Source: an uncultured Actinomycetota bacterium
GTDB taxonomy: Bacteria > Actinomycetota > Actinomycetes > Propionibacteriales > Nocardioidaceae
NCBI GenBank assembly: GCA_963830145.1
Contig: CAWHLI010000014.1
Span: 8,400-72,399, forward strand
Direction of reading: 5' to 3'
DNA: 64,000 bases
Shown here: positions 8,709 to 25,079 of the stretch, in pieces
How positions within the stretch are numbered: the first letter of the stretch is position 1
Layout of the letters: every line of letters begins with the position of its first letter
The notes under the pieces: generated by a model
What the model saw: only the letters and a program-made list of their open reading frames with translations
Database searches by the model: none
What the model was told of the DNA's origin: nothing
Made by a program: the position numbers and the translations under genes

Positions 8709-9974
8709 TCAGCTGAACGGCGGGCGCGCGTCGCGGGCGAGCGACCGGCGCCCCGCCCAGCGCCAGACGCGGGCGGCACGGTCGCGGTCCTCGTCGGTGA
8801 CCAGGTTGCCCATCCACCGCAGCGCGAGGGTCATCAGCCAGTCGGACCGCATGCCGGCCGGGCCGAGGGTCTTGAGCAGCCCCGGCACGGTGACCAGGCC
8901 GGCCAGGCGGCGGGCGATGGAGAACGACTCGCCGTAGTGCTCGCTCAGCAGTGCGGGCCAGGCGGTGGCGAGGTCGGCACCGTCTGGCCCCGAGGACAAC
9001 AGCAGGTCGGCGACCAGCCGTCCGGTCTCGAGACCGTAGTCGATGCCCTCGCCGTTGAGCGGGTTCACGCAGGCCGCCGCGTCGCCGATGATGGCCCAGT
9101 TGGGGCCGGCGACGTTGCTCACGGCGCCACCCATCGGCAGCAGTGCGCTCGTCGGCATCCGCAGGTCTCCGGAGAGCTCGAACTCCTCGCGGCGCAGCTC
9201 GGCGTACTGCGACATCAGCGGCTTGATCGCCAGCTCGGCGGGGCGCTTGCTGGTGGCGAGGGTGCCGACGCCGATGTTCACCTCGCCGGTGCCGAGCGGG
9301 AAGATCCAGCCGTAGCCGGACAGCACCTTCCCCGCCTCGTCGCGGAGCTCGAGGTGGCTGCTGATCCACGGGTCGTCGCTCTGGCCGCTCGCGATGTAGG
9401 AGCGGCCGGCGACGCCGTAGACGGTGTCGCGGTGCCACTCGCGGCCCAGGACCTTGCCCAGCGGCGAGCGCACGCCGTCGGCCACCACGAGGTGGCGGCA
9501 GCCGATCTCGACCGGGCCGTCGTCGGTCTTGAAGACCACCGCGGCGATCCGGTCGCCGTCACGGCGTACGTCGACGGCCCGGAACCCGTCGACCGCGCTA
9601 GCACCGGCCTTGATCGCGGTGGTCCGCAGGTGGTCGTCGAGCTCGGTGCGCGCCACCGCCGAGCCCCAGGCGGGCAGCCCTGTGCCGTCGCTTCCCGGGC
9701 CGGGCCAGGGCAGCAGCAGGGTCTGCCCGAAGCCGTGGGCCCGGAGCCCCTGGTTGACCGTGTGCGCACGCAGCCAGTCCTCGAGACCGAGCCGCTGCAG
9801 CTCGCTCACCGCGCGAGGGGTGAGCCCGTCGCCGCAGGTCTTGTCGCGCGGGAAGACCGCCGCGTCGGCCAGCACCACGTCCGCGCCACCGCGGGCCGCC
9901 CACGCCGCCGCGGCAGACCCGGCGGGGCCGGCGCCGACGACGAGAACGTCGGCGCGCACGGGCGGGCTGGTCAC
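8709..9974 (-). CDS. menJ: Geranylgeranyl reductase family, menaquinone reductase MenJ-like
   Basis: VGAGPAG, FPRDKTCGDGLTPRAV, GYGWIFP, GDAAACVNPLNGEGID. Confidence 0.7.
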   Translation of the reverse strand: MTSPPVRADVLVVGAGPAGSAAAAWAARGGADVVLADAAVFPRDKTCGDGLTPRAVSELQRLGLEDWLRAHTVNQGLRAHGFGQTLLLPWPGPGSDGTGLPAWGSAVARTELDDHLRTTAIKAGASAVDGFRAVDVRRDGDRIAAVVFKTDDGPVEIGCRHLVVADGVRSPLGKVLGREWHRDTVYGVAGRSYIASGQSDDPWISSHLELRDEAGKVLSGYGWIFPLGTGEVNIGVGTLATSKRPAELAIKPLMSQYAELRREEFELSGDLRMPTSALLPMGGAVSNVAGPNWAIIGDAAACVNPLNGEGIDYGLETGRLVADLLLSSGPDGADLATAWPALLSEHYGESFSIARRLAGLVTVPGLLKTLGPAGMRSDWLMTLALRWMGNLVTDEDRDRAARVWRWAGRRSLARDARPPFS

Positions 9975-10023
9975 CCCTTCATTGTCTCAGGGGGCCCCTC
10001 AGTCCGTGAATCCAGCCGGAGCA

Positions 10024-10329
10024 CTAGGCCCCCTGCTCACCGATGGCCGGGAACTTCTCCTCGGCCTCGTCATAGCCCTCGGTGTCGGTGAACATCCCCT
10101 TCTCGGGATCGAAGTCGCGGTCGGTGTTGTCGACCTCGACGTGGTCGGGTCGGTTGACGGGGTCGAGGCGCTCCTGGCGCGCCTCCTCGATCTCCGCCTC
10201 GTCCGCCTCCTCGGGCGCACCGTCGGCGGCGTGCTCGCCACCCTCGCCTGCCACCGGCGGGGGGTCGCTGTTCGGGTCGTCGTCGGGCGCTGCGTGCTTG
10301 CCAGGGCTCTCGGGCTGCGACTCACTCAT
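10024..10329 (-). CDS. Small acidic hypothetical protein
   Basis: 101-aa ORF with coding-like codon usage filling the gap; no family recognised. Confidence 0.55.
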   Translation of the reverse strand: MSESQPESPGKHAAPDDDPNSDPPPVAGEGGEHAADGAPEEADEAEIEEARQERLDPVNRPDHVEVDNTDRDFDPEKGMFTDTEGYDEAEEKFPAIGEQGA

Positions 10330-10430
10330 GCGTCAGATGTACCCCAACCGGCCGCGTCGCTCACGCATTTCGGCGTCGCGGGTCGACGGCCGCGCCCTGT
10401 TCGTCCGACCGGCCGGCGGCACCCGATCGC

Positions 10431-10985
10431 TCAGTGATAGGCCTTGTGCTCGAGCAGGTGGACCCTCGGGTTCGCGCAGCCGATGGTCGGGTGGGCGATG
10501 TACTGCCACTGCGTCTCGTCGGGCACGTAGACCCGGAACCCGTCGACCTCGGCGGGCCTGCACCTCTTCCTGGGGTACGGCGCCGACGACGTCTCGGCCA
10601 CGGCGCTGCGCACCTTGTCGCCGGGCGCCAGCGTCACCTTGGGCCGGTTGCTGGGGGTCCGGTCCGCCGCCGCCCCCACCTGCTTGCCGTTGGCTCCTCC
10701 CACGACGTACGACAGCCCGCCGTACCCCCTGACCCAGCAGGTGACGTCGGAGGTGTTGCGCAGGACGATCCGGCCGTAGACGTGGCTCATGGCCGCGTCG
10801 CCGCCCCTGTAGGTCGCGGTCAGGTTGTCGTTGGTGCACTCAGCCGTCGATCGCTGCGGCACGGCCCGCTGGCCGGACGCGGCGCTCCCGCTCGGCGCCA
10901 GCATCATCACGCCCCCCAGGGCCGACCCGGCCACCATGGTGGCCACCCCGCTCCAGAAAGGAACCCGCATCCAGCGCTCCATCAC
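10431..10985 (-). CDS. Secreted DUF4232-like protein
   Basis: Signal-like N-terminus; C...L...G.AM...LRNTS..TC...GY..L...GA.A...VTLAPG pattern. Confidence 0.65.
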   Translation of the reverse strand: MMERWMRVPFWSGVATMVAGSALGGVMMLAPSGSAASGQRAVPQRSTAECTNDNLTATYRGGDAAMSHVYGRIVLRNTSDVTCWVRGYGGLSYVVGGANGKQVGAAADRTPSNRPKVTLAPGDKVRSAVAETSSAPYPRKRCRPAEVDGFRVYVPDETQWQYIAHPTIGCANPRVHLLEHKAYH

Positions 10986-11098
10986 AGTCCTCCTGTGGAC
11001 TCAGCAGTTCGTCCGTCTACGAGTGTGACCCTCCCGAGCGCTCCGCAGTTGTGGGCGGCGCTGAGTTTCGGCTGAGAATCGTCCGCGGCGGCTGCTCC

Positions 11099-11129
11099 TT
11101 GACCTCAGGTCGACCTGAAGTGGCAGGCT
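11099..11129 (+). promoter_or_regulatory. MerR/SoxR-type promoter with operator in a 19-bp spacer
   Basis: TTGACC (11099-11104), 19-nt spacer, CAGGCT (11124-11129); dyad TCAGGTCGACCTGA in the spacer; ATG 6 nt after the -10. Confidence 0.6.
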
Positions 11130-11135
11130 CGCACC

Positions 11136-11771
11136 ATGCACACCGAAGAAGAGGCCGCGGCCCTGTTCGAGCCGCACGGTTGGGAAGAGCGGTACGCCGG
11201 CGCCGGTCAGGTCTGGAGCGGGAACCCCAACGCTCAGCTGGTCGCGGAGGCGTCGAAGCTGACGCCGGGCGCCGCGCTCGACGTCGGCTGCGGCGAGGGC
11301 GGCGACGTGATCTGGCTGGCGCAGCACGGCTGGCAGGTCACTGGCGCCGACTTCTCGGCCAACGGGCTGGCCCGCGCGTCCCGTCACGCCGGGGAGGCCG
11401 GCGTCGCCGACCGCACCGACTGGTGGCAGGTCGACGCGCGCACCTTCGACCCCGGCGGCCGCACCTGGGACCTGGTCACCACACACTTCCTGCATCCTCA
11501 GGAGGGCGAGATGGCCGACATCGTGCGCCGCCTCGCCGGCGCGGTCGCACCGGCTGGCCACCTCCTGGTCGTGGCCCACGCGCCGTCGGAGCACATGTTC
11601 GCCGACCACCCGGAGAAGCAGCGCAAGGCGATGTTCCTGGCCACCGAGCTCGTCCCTGCCCTCCCGGACGGCTTCGAGGCCATCGTCGTCGAGCAGCGGC
11701 CGCGCACGGTCACCCGCGAGGGCCGCACCTTCGACATCGACGACTCCACCCTCCTGGCCCAGCGCTGCTAA
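11136..11771 (+). CDS. Class I SAM-dependent methyltransferase
   Basis: WEERY...WSGNPN and ALDVGCGEGGD motifs. Confidence 0.85.
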   Translation: MHTEEEAAALFEPHGWEERYAGAGQVWSGNPNAQLVAEASKLTPGAALDVGCGEGGDVIWLAQHGWQVTGADFSANGLARASRHAGEAGVADRTDWWQVDARTFDPGGRTWDLVTTHFLHPQEGEMADIVRRLAGAVAPAGHLLVVAHAPSEHMFADHPEKQRKAMFLATELVPALPDGFEAIVVEQRPRTVTREGRTFDIDDSTLLAQRC

Positions 11772-11776
11772 CCCGA

Positions 11777-11864
11777 CGCCGACTCGTCGTTACTGCTGAG
11801 CAGTAACGACGAGTCGGCGCCAATTTCGTGCCGAGCCGTCGTTACTGCTCAGCAGTAACGACGG
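11777..11864. repeat. Pair of long REP-like palindromes
   Basis: 11777-11819 (21-bp perfect arms, 1-nt centre) and 11836-11864 (14-bp arms); shared core GTCGTTACTGCT-N-AGCAGTAACGAC. Confidence 0.85.
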
Positions 11865-11972
11865 GTCGCGGTCGATCTTGCGCTCGAACGACCACTTGCT
11901 GTCCACCAGGTGTGCTGTGGCTCGGTTCGTCCACAGGTGCGGCCGCTGGGTCGGCGCTTGTTGAGCACAGCA

Positions 11973-12013
11973 GAAGGCCCCCTCGCCAGCCTGCGGCTGA
12001 CGAGGGGGCCTTC
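11973..12013 (-). terminator. rpoC terminator hairpin
   Basis: GAAGGCCCCCTCG ... CGAGGGGGCCTTC 13-bp stem just past the rpoC stop. Confidence 0.75.
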
Positions 12014-12022
12014 GTGCCGTGC

Positions 12023-15918
<3,896 letters not shown>

Positions 15919-16011
15919 TTTGGCTTCGCTTCCCTCGTTGTTCTAGGTCGTGCTGAATGGGGGGGTGGTGGTGGGGTCCGGGCCGACCGAGGTCAGGCCC
16001 GGACCCACACG

Positions 16012-19542
<3,531 letters not shown>

Positions 19543-19644
19543 GAGTTGTCCTCATGCGGGCTCGTGAGCGGAGAGGCACCCGACCACCACAACAACACCC
19601 ATCCGGACAGGGCGAGGAGCATTTGAGAGCAGGCGCAAGGACCC

Positions 19645-19673
19645 ACGATAGCGGATGAGCGGGCAGCCTTCAA
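19645..19673 (-). promoter_or_regulatory. Sigma-A-like promoter, proximal, for rpoBC
   Basis: TTGAAG-17 nt-TATCGT on the minus strand. Confidence 0.55.
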
Positions 19674-19708
19674 GACCGCGCCACGGCTGATCCGCATGGC
19701 GTCCACCG

Positions 19709-19737
19709 AGTGTGGTCCGAAGCAGGGCTCAGGTCAA
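19709..19737 (-). promoter_or_regulatory. Sigma-A-like promoter, distal, for rpoBC
   Basis: TTGACC-17 nt-CACACT on the minus strand. Confidence 0.5.
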
Positions 19738-19791
19738 GCACTTCGGGCCCACAACTGGGGACCGGCGGCCGCGGTGGCGGTGGTGTCCGGG

Positions 19792-20547
19792 TCAGCCGGG
19801 GAGGGGCTGGGTGCCCAGCTTGGCCACCAGCCAGTCGGCGCCGTCGCGCTCCATCGTCACCCGCACCTGGTCCTGGTAGTTGGGCTCGGAACCCTGTGCG
19901 TTGGCGACGTTGCGCTCGACCAGGACCAGCACGATGACCCGGTCGGCACTGGCCCGGACGATGCCGGACGCCGTCACCTCGGCGGTCACGACCGGCTTGA
20001 TCCGGTCGGCGTTCTCCTTGATCGCCGCCATGACCTTGTCGTACTCCTTGCGGTAGTCGCCGGTCAGGAGCGGTTGGACGGCCTTCTGGTCCTCGTCGAG
20101 ATGGCGGAAGTCGTAGGCGAGGATCATCGGCGTCGCCCGCTCGGCGGCGCTCTGTGCCTCCCGGGTCGCGGTGGCGATCTCGTCGTCGGACGGCTGGGCC
20201 AGCAGGTAGCCGGCCGCCGCCATGGCCAGGACCGTGAGGACGGCGACGGCGGCGAGCAGCCAGGCGGGGACCGAGCGTCGCGGAGCCGCTGGCTCGGTCG
20301 GGCTCTCCTTCTTCTGCTCCTCGGCCTTGGCGCGCTCCTGCCTCGCCTCGGCTCGTGCCTGGGCCAGCGTCTCGTCGTACGCCGCGCGCCGGTCGGCGTC
20401 GAGGAGCACCTCGGCGGCCTCGTTGAGGGTGCGGAACCTGCGGTCACCGGGGTCGAGCTCCGCGATCGCGGTCTTCCAGGCCGCGCGGATGCCGTCCGCG
20501 GACGCGTCGGGCTCGACGCCGAGCAGGTCGTACCACGTGGGGGTCAC
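19792..20547 (-). CDS. J-like domain fused to an Mce-associated membrane (Mam-like) domain
   Basis: N-terminal WYDLLGVEPDAS...LNEAAEVLLDADRRAAYD (DnaJ-like, no HPD); one TM; Mam-like ILAYDFRHLDED...LTGDYRKEY. Confidence 0.75.
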   Translation of the reverse strand: MTPTWYDLLGVEPDASADGIRAAWKTAIAELDPGDRRFRTLNEAAEVLLDADRRAAYDETLAQARAEARQERAKAEEQKKESPTEPAAPRRSVPAWLLAAVAVLTVLAMAAAGYLLAQPSDDEIATATREAQSAAERATPMILAYDFRHLDEDQKAVQPLLTGDYRKEYDKVMAAIKENADRIKPVVTAEVTASGIVRASADRVIVLVLVERNVANAQGSEPNYQDQVRVTMERDGADWLVAKLGTQPLPG

Positions 20548-21218
20548 GGCGTGGCCCCCTCGGTCGGTGACCCTGACGGGGTCGCGGTCGGGGCCTCGGT
20601 CGGGGGCTGCGAGGACGAGTCCCCGGGCGCCGCGCCGGTTCCGCTGATCGAGCTGAAGTCGTCGACCAGCCAGGTCCCGTGGATCCGCACCATCTGCAGC
20701 CGCAGCTGAAGCGGCTGGCTGAAGGTGACGGGATCCTTGCCGTCCTTGCCGGGAATGGTCGAGGTGGTGGCGCCGGCGACCAGTGCCGTCGCCGAGTCGG
20801 AGTCGATGGAGGAGACACCGGTGCTGAACACCTGGCAGGTCACGGTGTCACCGCGGCCTTGGACGACCTGCTCCACCACGCTCACCGACTGGTCGAAGTC
20901 GGCGGCGAACTTGGGCGTGATCACCTCCTCGACGAGCTGGCGGTACTTCGGCATCGTGCCGTCGTCGTCGAGCATGCTGGGGTCGTAGGTGTTGACGCGC
21001 AACAGGAACTGCTCGGCCTGGGCCCCGACCTGGTCGCGCTGGGCCTGCAGCGCGTCCTGCTCGCCGTCGATGCCCAGAGCGGGCACCGAACGGTTGGTGG
21101 CGAGGTAGGCGGCGCCGGCGAGCGAGGCGACGAGGAGCACGAGCAGCACCACGAGGAGACCGCGTCGGAACTGCGGGGCCTTCGAGTCCCGGACGGGATG
21201 GCTGTCGTCCTCGGTCAC
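20544..21218 (-). CDS. Mce-associated membrane protein
   Basis: One TM then NTYDP...V...ITPKFAADF...WLVDDF; GTGA overlap with mceF. Confidence 0.7.
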   Translation of the reverse strand: MTEDDSHPVRDSKAPQFRRGLLVVLLVLLVASLAGAAYLATNRSVPALGIDGEQDALQAQRDQVGAQAEQFLLRVNTYDPSMLDDDGTMPKYRQLVEEVITPKFAADFDQSVSVVEQVVQGRGDTVTCQVFSTGVSSIDSDSATALVAGATTSTIPGKDGKDPVTFSQPLQLRLQMVRIHGTWLVDDFSSISGTGAAPGDSSSQPPTEAPTATPSGSPTEGATP

Positions 21219-22513
21219 TCCTGACGAGGCGTCAGGGGCTGGAGGAACAGCCACTTCCAGGACTCCTCTCCGTGGGCGGGCAGGGTCACGCTACCGGTCG
21301 GGGGAAGCGCGGCGGGGTCGGTCGCGGTCGGGTCGCCCCAGGCCAGCTCGCCGGTCACCGGGTCGTAGGACGCCACGACCGGCGAGTCGGCGTACGACGT
21401 GGCCGCGCGCGGAGCGTTCTGGGCACCGCGGGCGTTGCTCTCCGCCGCCGACTCCGCGCAGCGGGCATCGACGTTCATCGGCGTGTTGCTGCCGTCCTGG
21501 GGCGTGCGGGTGTCGGTGGACTCATAGCCCTTGTGGCAGACCTTCTGGGTCGTGAGGATCAGGCCGAAGTGCGCGTCGTAGAGGCCGGTGTCCGGCGACT
21601 TGGAGACCACCGTGAAGCCGCCCTCGACGGCGTAGGGGTAGACCACCAGCAGCTGCTTGATGCCGTCGAGGTGCTTGACGACGACCTCGCCGGTGGTGAC
21701 CAGGTTGTTGATCAGGTCGCCGAGCTCGACGCGGTTCTGCTCGAGGAAGGTCCGCAGCTGGGTCGCGGCGACCCCGCCGGTGTCGATCAGGTTGCGCAGG
21801 TCGACGTCGGAGCCGGCCAGCACGCTGCTGAACGCCTGGAGCTGCCTGGAGAAGTTGCGGATCGCCGACTCGCTGTCGATCTGGCCGTGCAGGACGGTGT
21901 TGCCGTCCCTGATCAGCGCCGTGGTGACGTCGAAGTTGTCGTTGGCGGTGTTGATGAACGAGGTGCCGGAGTCGATGATCGTCTGGAGGTCCTCGCCGGT
22001 GCCGGCGAACGCCGCTCCGAGCTCGTCGACGGTGGTCTTCAGGTCGGCCTCGTCCACCGACTCGATGGTCTCGGACAGGTGGGTCAGCAGGGTGTCGGTG
22101 GCGATCGGGAGCCGGGTGTCCTCCTGGTCGATCACCGAGTCGTTGTGCAGGTACGGACCGTCGTCGCGCTGCGGCTGGAGCTCGACGTACTGCTCGCCGA
22201 CGGCGGACCGGTTGCCGACCACCGCGAGGGTGTCGGACGGGATCTCGTCGAAGCTGTTGTCGATGTCGAGGACCACGTTGACGCCCTCGTCGTTGAGCTC
22301 CAGCTTCTTGACCGTGCCGACGCTGACGCCACGGTAGGTGACCTCACCCCCGGCGAAGATGCCGCCGGAGTCGGCGAAGCTCACGTTCACCGTGTAGTTG
22401 TCGTCGTAGAACGCCTTGTCGAGCTGGGCGTAGCGCGCGCCCACGAAGGTCACTCCGAACAGCGTGATGATGACGAAGACGACCAGCTGGATCTTGGTAC
22501 GGCGAGTGATCAC
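21215..22513 (-). CDS. mceF: MCE-family protein MceF
   Basis: FADSGGIFAGGEVTYRGVSVG MCE domain; sixth mce gene. Confidence 0.85.
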   Translation of the reverse strand: MITRRTKIQLVVFVIITLFGVTFVGARYAQLDKAFYDDNYTVNVSFADSGGIFAGGEVTYRGVSVGTVKKLELNDEGVNVVLDIDNSFDEIPSDTLAVVGNRSAVGEQYVELQPQRDDGPYLHNDSVIDQEDTRLPIATDTLLTHLSETIESVDEADLKTTVDELGAAFAGTGEDLQTIIDSGTSFINTANDNFDVTTALIRDGNTVLHGQIDSESAIRNFSRQLQAFSSVLAGSDVDLRNLIDTGGVAATQLRTFLEQNRVELGDLINNLVTTGEVVVKHLDGIKQLLVVYPYAVEGGFTVVSKSPDTGLYDAHFGLILTTQKVCHKGYESTDTRTPQDGSNTPMNVDARCAESAAESNARGAQNAPRAATSYADSPVVASYDPVTGELAWGDPTATDPAALPPTGSVTLPAHGEESWKWLFLQPLTPRQE

Positions 22514-23925
22514 TGGGTTTCGGCTCCGATCACCATCGGCGGGATCAGCAGGCTGACCAGCCCGGGGTCGTAGACCGACTGCAGCTGCTCCATCGTGGGC
22601 CCGCCATGGGCCGCGTCGTTCCACGGACCGGTGGCGCTGCGACCGAGCCCGAGGGTGCCGAGGAGCCCGCCGAGCGGGTCGGAGCCCGCGGCCGCGCCGG
22701 GAAGCCCGGGTACGCCGGGAATGGTGTTGAGCAGCACGCACACGGTCTTGGTCTTGTTGGCCGGCTCCTGGCAGATCTCCTTGAGCTTGAGCAGCGCCTC
22801 GGGGGTCTTGAGCACCTTCTGGCAGATCGGGCTGGCCAGGTTGCCGCTGGCGATGCAGTCGAGGACGTCCTGGACGAGCTGCCCCGGGTCGAGCTGGGTC
22901 GGGAGCACGTCGGTCGGGTTGGTCGGCAGCCCCTGGGTGAGGTCGATCTCGAGGGTGATCGAGAGGTTCGTGTAGTCACCCATGTGCAGGTTGCGCGCGA
23001 CCTGGGGGTCGCGGCCGACCACCTCGTCGACGAACGGGTAGGTCAGGAACACGTTGAACGCCTTGACGAAGTTGTCGCCCGAGGCGGCCAGCTGGTTGAG
23101 CACCGGCTGGAGCTGGCGCAGCGAGTCGATGGTCGCGGTCTTCGACGCCTTGATCACCCGCACACCGACGTTGGAGAGCTGGTCGAGGGCCTGCAGCATC
23201 TTGACGAGGTCCTGGCGCTGGCCGTCGATGCTGGTCAGCGCGCTCGGCAGCTCCTCGAGCGCCTCGTCGATGTTGCCCTCCTGCTGGTGCGCAGACAGGG
23301 AGAGCCGGTTGAGCGCCTCGATCGCCGAGACGATCTGGGCCTTGTTGGTGTCGAGGCTGCCCGTGAAGGTGTCGATCTGGGCGAGGACCGAGCGGACGTT
23401 GTCCTCGCGACCGGTGACTGCCTTGTTGAGCTCCTGGGTGATGGTCTTGAGCTGGGCAACGCCACCGCCGTTGAGGATGAGGCTCAGCGCGCCGAGCACC
23501 TCCTCGACCTCCGGGTTGCGACCGGTGCGGTCGAGGTCGATGACGTCGCCGTCGCCCAGGGGCTCGTCACTCGCGCCGGTCGCCGGTGCCGACAGCGAGA
23601 CGAACTTCTCGCCGAGCAGGCTGGTCTGGCGGATCTCGGCGATCGCGTTGTCCGGCAGCTTGGTGTCGTTTCGGAGCTCGAGCTTCACCACGGCGTGGTA
23701 GCCGTCGAGGTCGATCTCCTTGACCTGGCCGACGCTGACGTCGTTGACCTTGACCGTCGACTTCGGGACCAGGTCGAGGACGTCCTCGAACTCCACGGTC
23801 ACCCGGATGGGGTTGTCGCCGACGTCGGTGCCGCCGGGCAGCGGCAGGGCGTAGACGTCGAAGTCGCAGCCCGAGAGGAGCACGCTGCCGAGCAGCAGGC
23901 CGAGGAGGACGCGCAGCCGCTTCAC
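22510..23925 (-). CDS. mceE: MCE-family lipoprotein MceE
   Basis: Lipobox LLSGC; VKVNDVSVGQV; RQTSLLGEKFV. Confidence 0.88.
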   Translation of the reverse strand: MKRLRVLLGLLLGSVLLSGCDFDVYALPLPGGTDVGDNPIRVTVEFEDVLDLVPKSTVKVNDVSVGQVKEIDLDGYHAVVKLELRNDTKLPDNAIAEIRQTSLLGEKFVSLSAPATGASDEPLGDGDVIDLDRTGRNPEVEEVLGALSLILNGGGVAQLKTITQELNKAVTGREDNVRSVLAQIDTFTGSLDTNKAQIVSAIEALNRLSLSAHQQEGNIDEALEELPSALTSIDGQRQDLVKMLQALDQLSNVGVRVIKASKTATIDSLRQLQPVLNQLAASGDNFVKAFNVFLTYPFVDEVVGRDPQVARNLHMGDYTNLSITLEIDLTQGLPTNPTDVLPTQLDPGQLVQDVLDCIASGNLASPICQKVLKTPEALLKLKEICQEPANKTKTVCVLLNTIPGVPGLPGAAAGSDPLGGLLGTLGLGRSATGPWNDAAHGGPTMEQLQSVYDPGLVSLLIPPMVIGAETQ

Positions 23926-25079
23926 TGGTCGCTCCCGTCGTCCACGGCCACGAGGCCACCCAGGGTCTGGTCATAGGCGGGGCGCTCCGCGGTCGGTGCC
24001 CCGAACGGCGCCGACCGCTTGAGCACCGTCCCGGCGAGGTTGCAGAGCTGCCCGCTCTTGTCCACCTGGCTCAGGAAGCCGCACACCAGCGTCTCCGGGT
24101 CGGACGCGATCTGGTCGACCAGCTCGCCGAGGTTGGCGTTGGTGTCGAGGGTGCCGGCCTGCGGGTTGTAGGTCAGCGCCAGGTTGTTCAGCGCCAGCGG
24201 CGCGTTCGTGAGCGTCTCGTCGAGCGCCGCGCGCTGCTTGACCAGCACCTTGGCGACCCGGTTGATGTGCGTGATGTTCTTGCCGAGGATCTCGCGGTTG
24301 TCCTTCACGAAGGTCGCGACGTCGCCCAGCCCGACCGACAGGTTGTGCAGCGCGGCGGCCAGCTCCTCCTTCTCCCCGGAGAGCAGGTCGGAGACGTCGG
24401 AGAGCGACTGGTTGAACTGCCGCACGGTCTTGTCGTTGGTGGCCAGGGTGCTGATGAAGCCCTCGAGCTCACGCGCGGAGCCGAACAGCGCCTCCTTGTT
24501 GTCGTCGAGGGTCTGGCTCAGGTCGCTGAAGTCCTCGATGGTCTGGTGGAACTGCGCGCCCTGGCCGCCGAAGTTCTCGGCCGTGGTGGCGAGCAGGTCG
24601 GAGAGCGCGCCGTTCTTGTTGGCGCCGTTGGGGCCGAGCGCGACGTTGAGCTGGTCGAGGCTGGAGTAGATCTGGTCGAGCTCCAGCGGTACGCCGGTGT
24701 CCTGGTCCTGGAGGACGGCGCCGTCGGCGAGCCTGGGCCCGTCCTCGTAGACGGGAGTCAGCTGGATGAAGCGGTCGCCGACGATGGACGGCGACACGAT
24801 CACGGCCTGCGCGTCGGCCGGGATCTTGACGTTGGCGTCGTAGTGCATCTCGACGACGACGTCGGTGCCGGTCGGCGTGACCGTGTCGACCGCTCCGACC
24901 TGGACCCCCAGCACCTTGACCGGGCTGCCCTCGTAGAGGGAGATGGTGCGCGGGAAGTGCGCGGTCAGCTTCTTGGTGTCGTCGCCGCCGAGGAACATCG
25001 TCATCCCCGCCGCCACGACCAGCGCGAGGAGGCAGAGCGGGACGATCGCCCGCCTGGCCAGGTTGGCAGAGCCGCTCAT
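23922..25079 (-). CDS. mceD: MCE-family protein MceD
   Basis: LYEGSPVKVLGVQVG; SIVGDRFIQL. Confidence 0.85.
   Translation of the reverse strand: MSGSANLARRAIVPLCLLALVVAAGMTMFLGGDDTKKLTAHFPRTISLYEGSPVKVLGVQVGAVDTVTPTGTDVVVEMHYDANVKIPADAQAVIVSPSIVGDRFIQLTPVYEDGPRLADGAVLQDQDTGVPLELDQIYSSLDQLNVALGPNGANKNGALSDLLATTAENFGGQGAQFHQTIEDFSDLSQTLDDNKEALFGSARELEGFISTLATNDKTVRQFNQSLSDVSDLLSGEKEELAAALHNLSVGLGDVATFVKDNREILGKNITHINRVAKVLVKQRAALDETLTNAPLALNNLALTYNPQAGTLDTNANLGELVDQIASDPETLVCGFLSQVDKSGQLCNLAGTVLKRSAPFGAPTAERPAYDQTLGGLVAVDDGSDQ

Noticed and set aside
11777-11864. CRISPR array
   Set aside because: Only two unequal palindromes, no repeat-spacer series and no cas genes.
11890-11950. Replication origin from DnaA-box-like 9-mers
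   Set aside because: Only one or two imperfect boxes, no AT-rich unwinding region, no dnaA or dnaN.
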